34,953 nucleotides of DNA, from NCBI GenBank assembly GCA_964200185.2, contig CAXNAD020000052.1, positions 1 through 34,953 of the forward strand. The letters are read 5' to 3'. Positions 34,928-34,953 of this stretch are shown piece after piece. The notes beneath the pieces are model-generated. The model was not told where the DNA came from, ran no database searches, and saw only the letters and a program-made list of their open reading frames with translations. A program made the position numbers and the translations under genes. Origin of the DNA: Choristocarpus tenellus KU-1152 (lineage: Eukaryota; Protista; Phaeophyceae). The number at the start of each line of letters is the position of its first letter. Positions within the stretch are counted from its first letter, which is position 1.

Positions 34928-34953
34928 TGACCCAAAGTATCTGGGAGGGGGGG
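34928..34953 (+). mobile_element. Left TIR of a MITE copy truncated by the window end
   Basis: tgacccaaagtatctgggaggggg matches the left end at 31-55. Confidence 0.65.

Overview
Intron-rich eukaryotic DNA; the exon/intron architecture and transposon types suggest an ochrophyte such as a brown alga (inference). About 25 kb (7116-32081, minus strand) is one 33-exon gene that I assembled by hand with phase-consistent GT-AG junctions and identify as the nucleoporin NUP160 (about 1,800 aa). Its introns carry several small structured RNAs on the same strand. These are four tandem SNORD100-like box C/D snoRNAs (18S Gm436-equivalent guide plus a second antisense element to the adjacent 18S sequence) with a fifth, orphan C/D candidate in the same intron, a SNORD79-like and a SNORD12/snR190-like C/D snoRNA, a duplicated H/ACA-like RNA in two introns, and a long hairpin resembling a pre-miRNA. 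The flanks hold a decayed plant-type (DD39D-like) mariner with TIRs and TA ends just upstream of the NUP160 start, a 3' fragment of an RTE-like LINE, and several copies of a ~175-bp MITE. Two N gaps have low-quality, duplicated edges, one inside exon 1. Family assignments rest on motifs recalled from memory, not on database searches.
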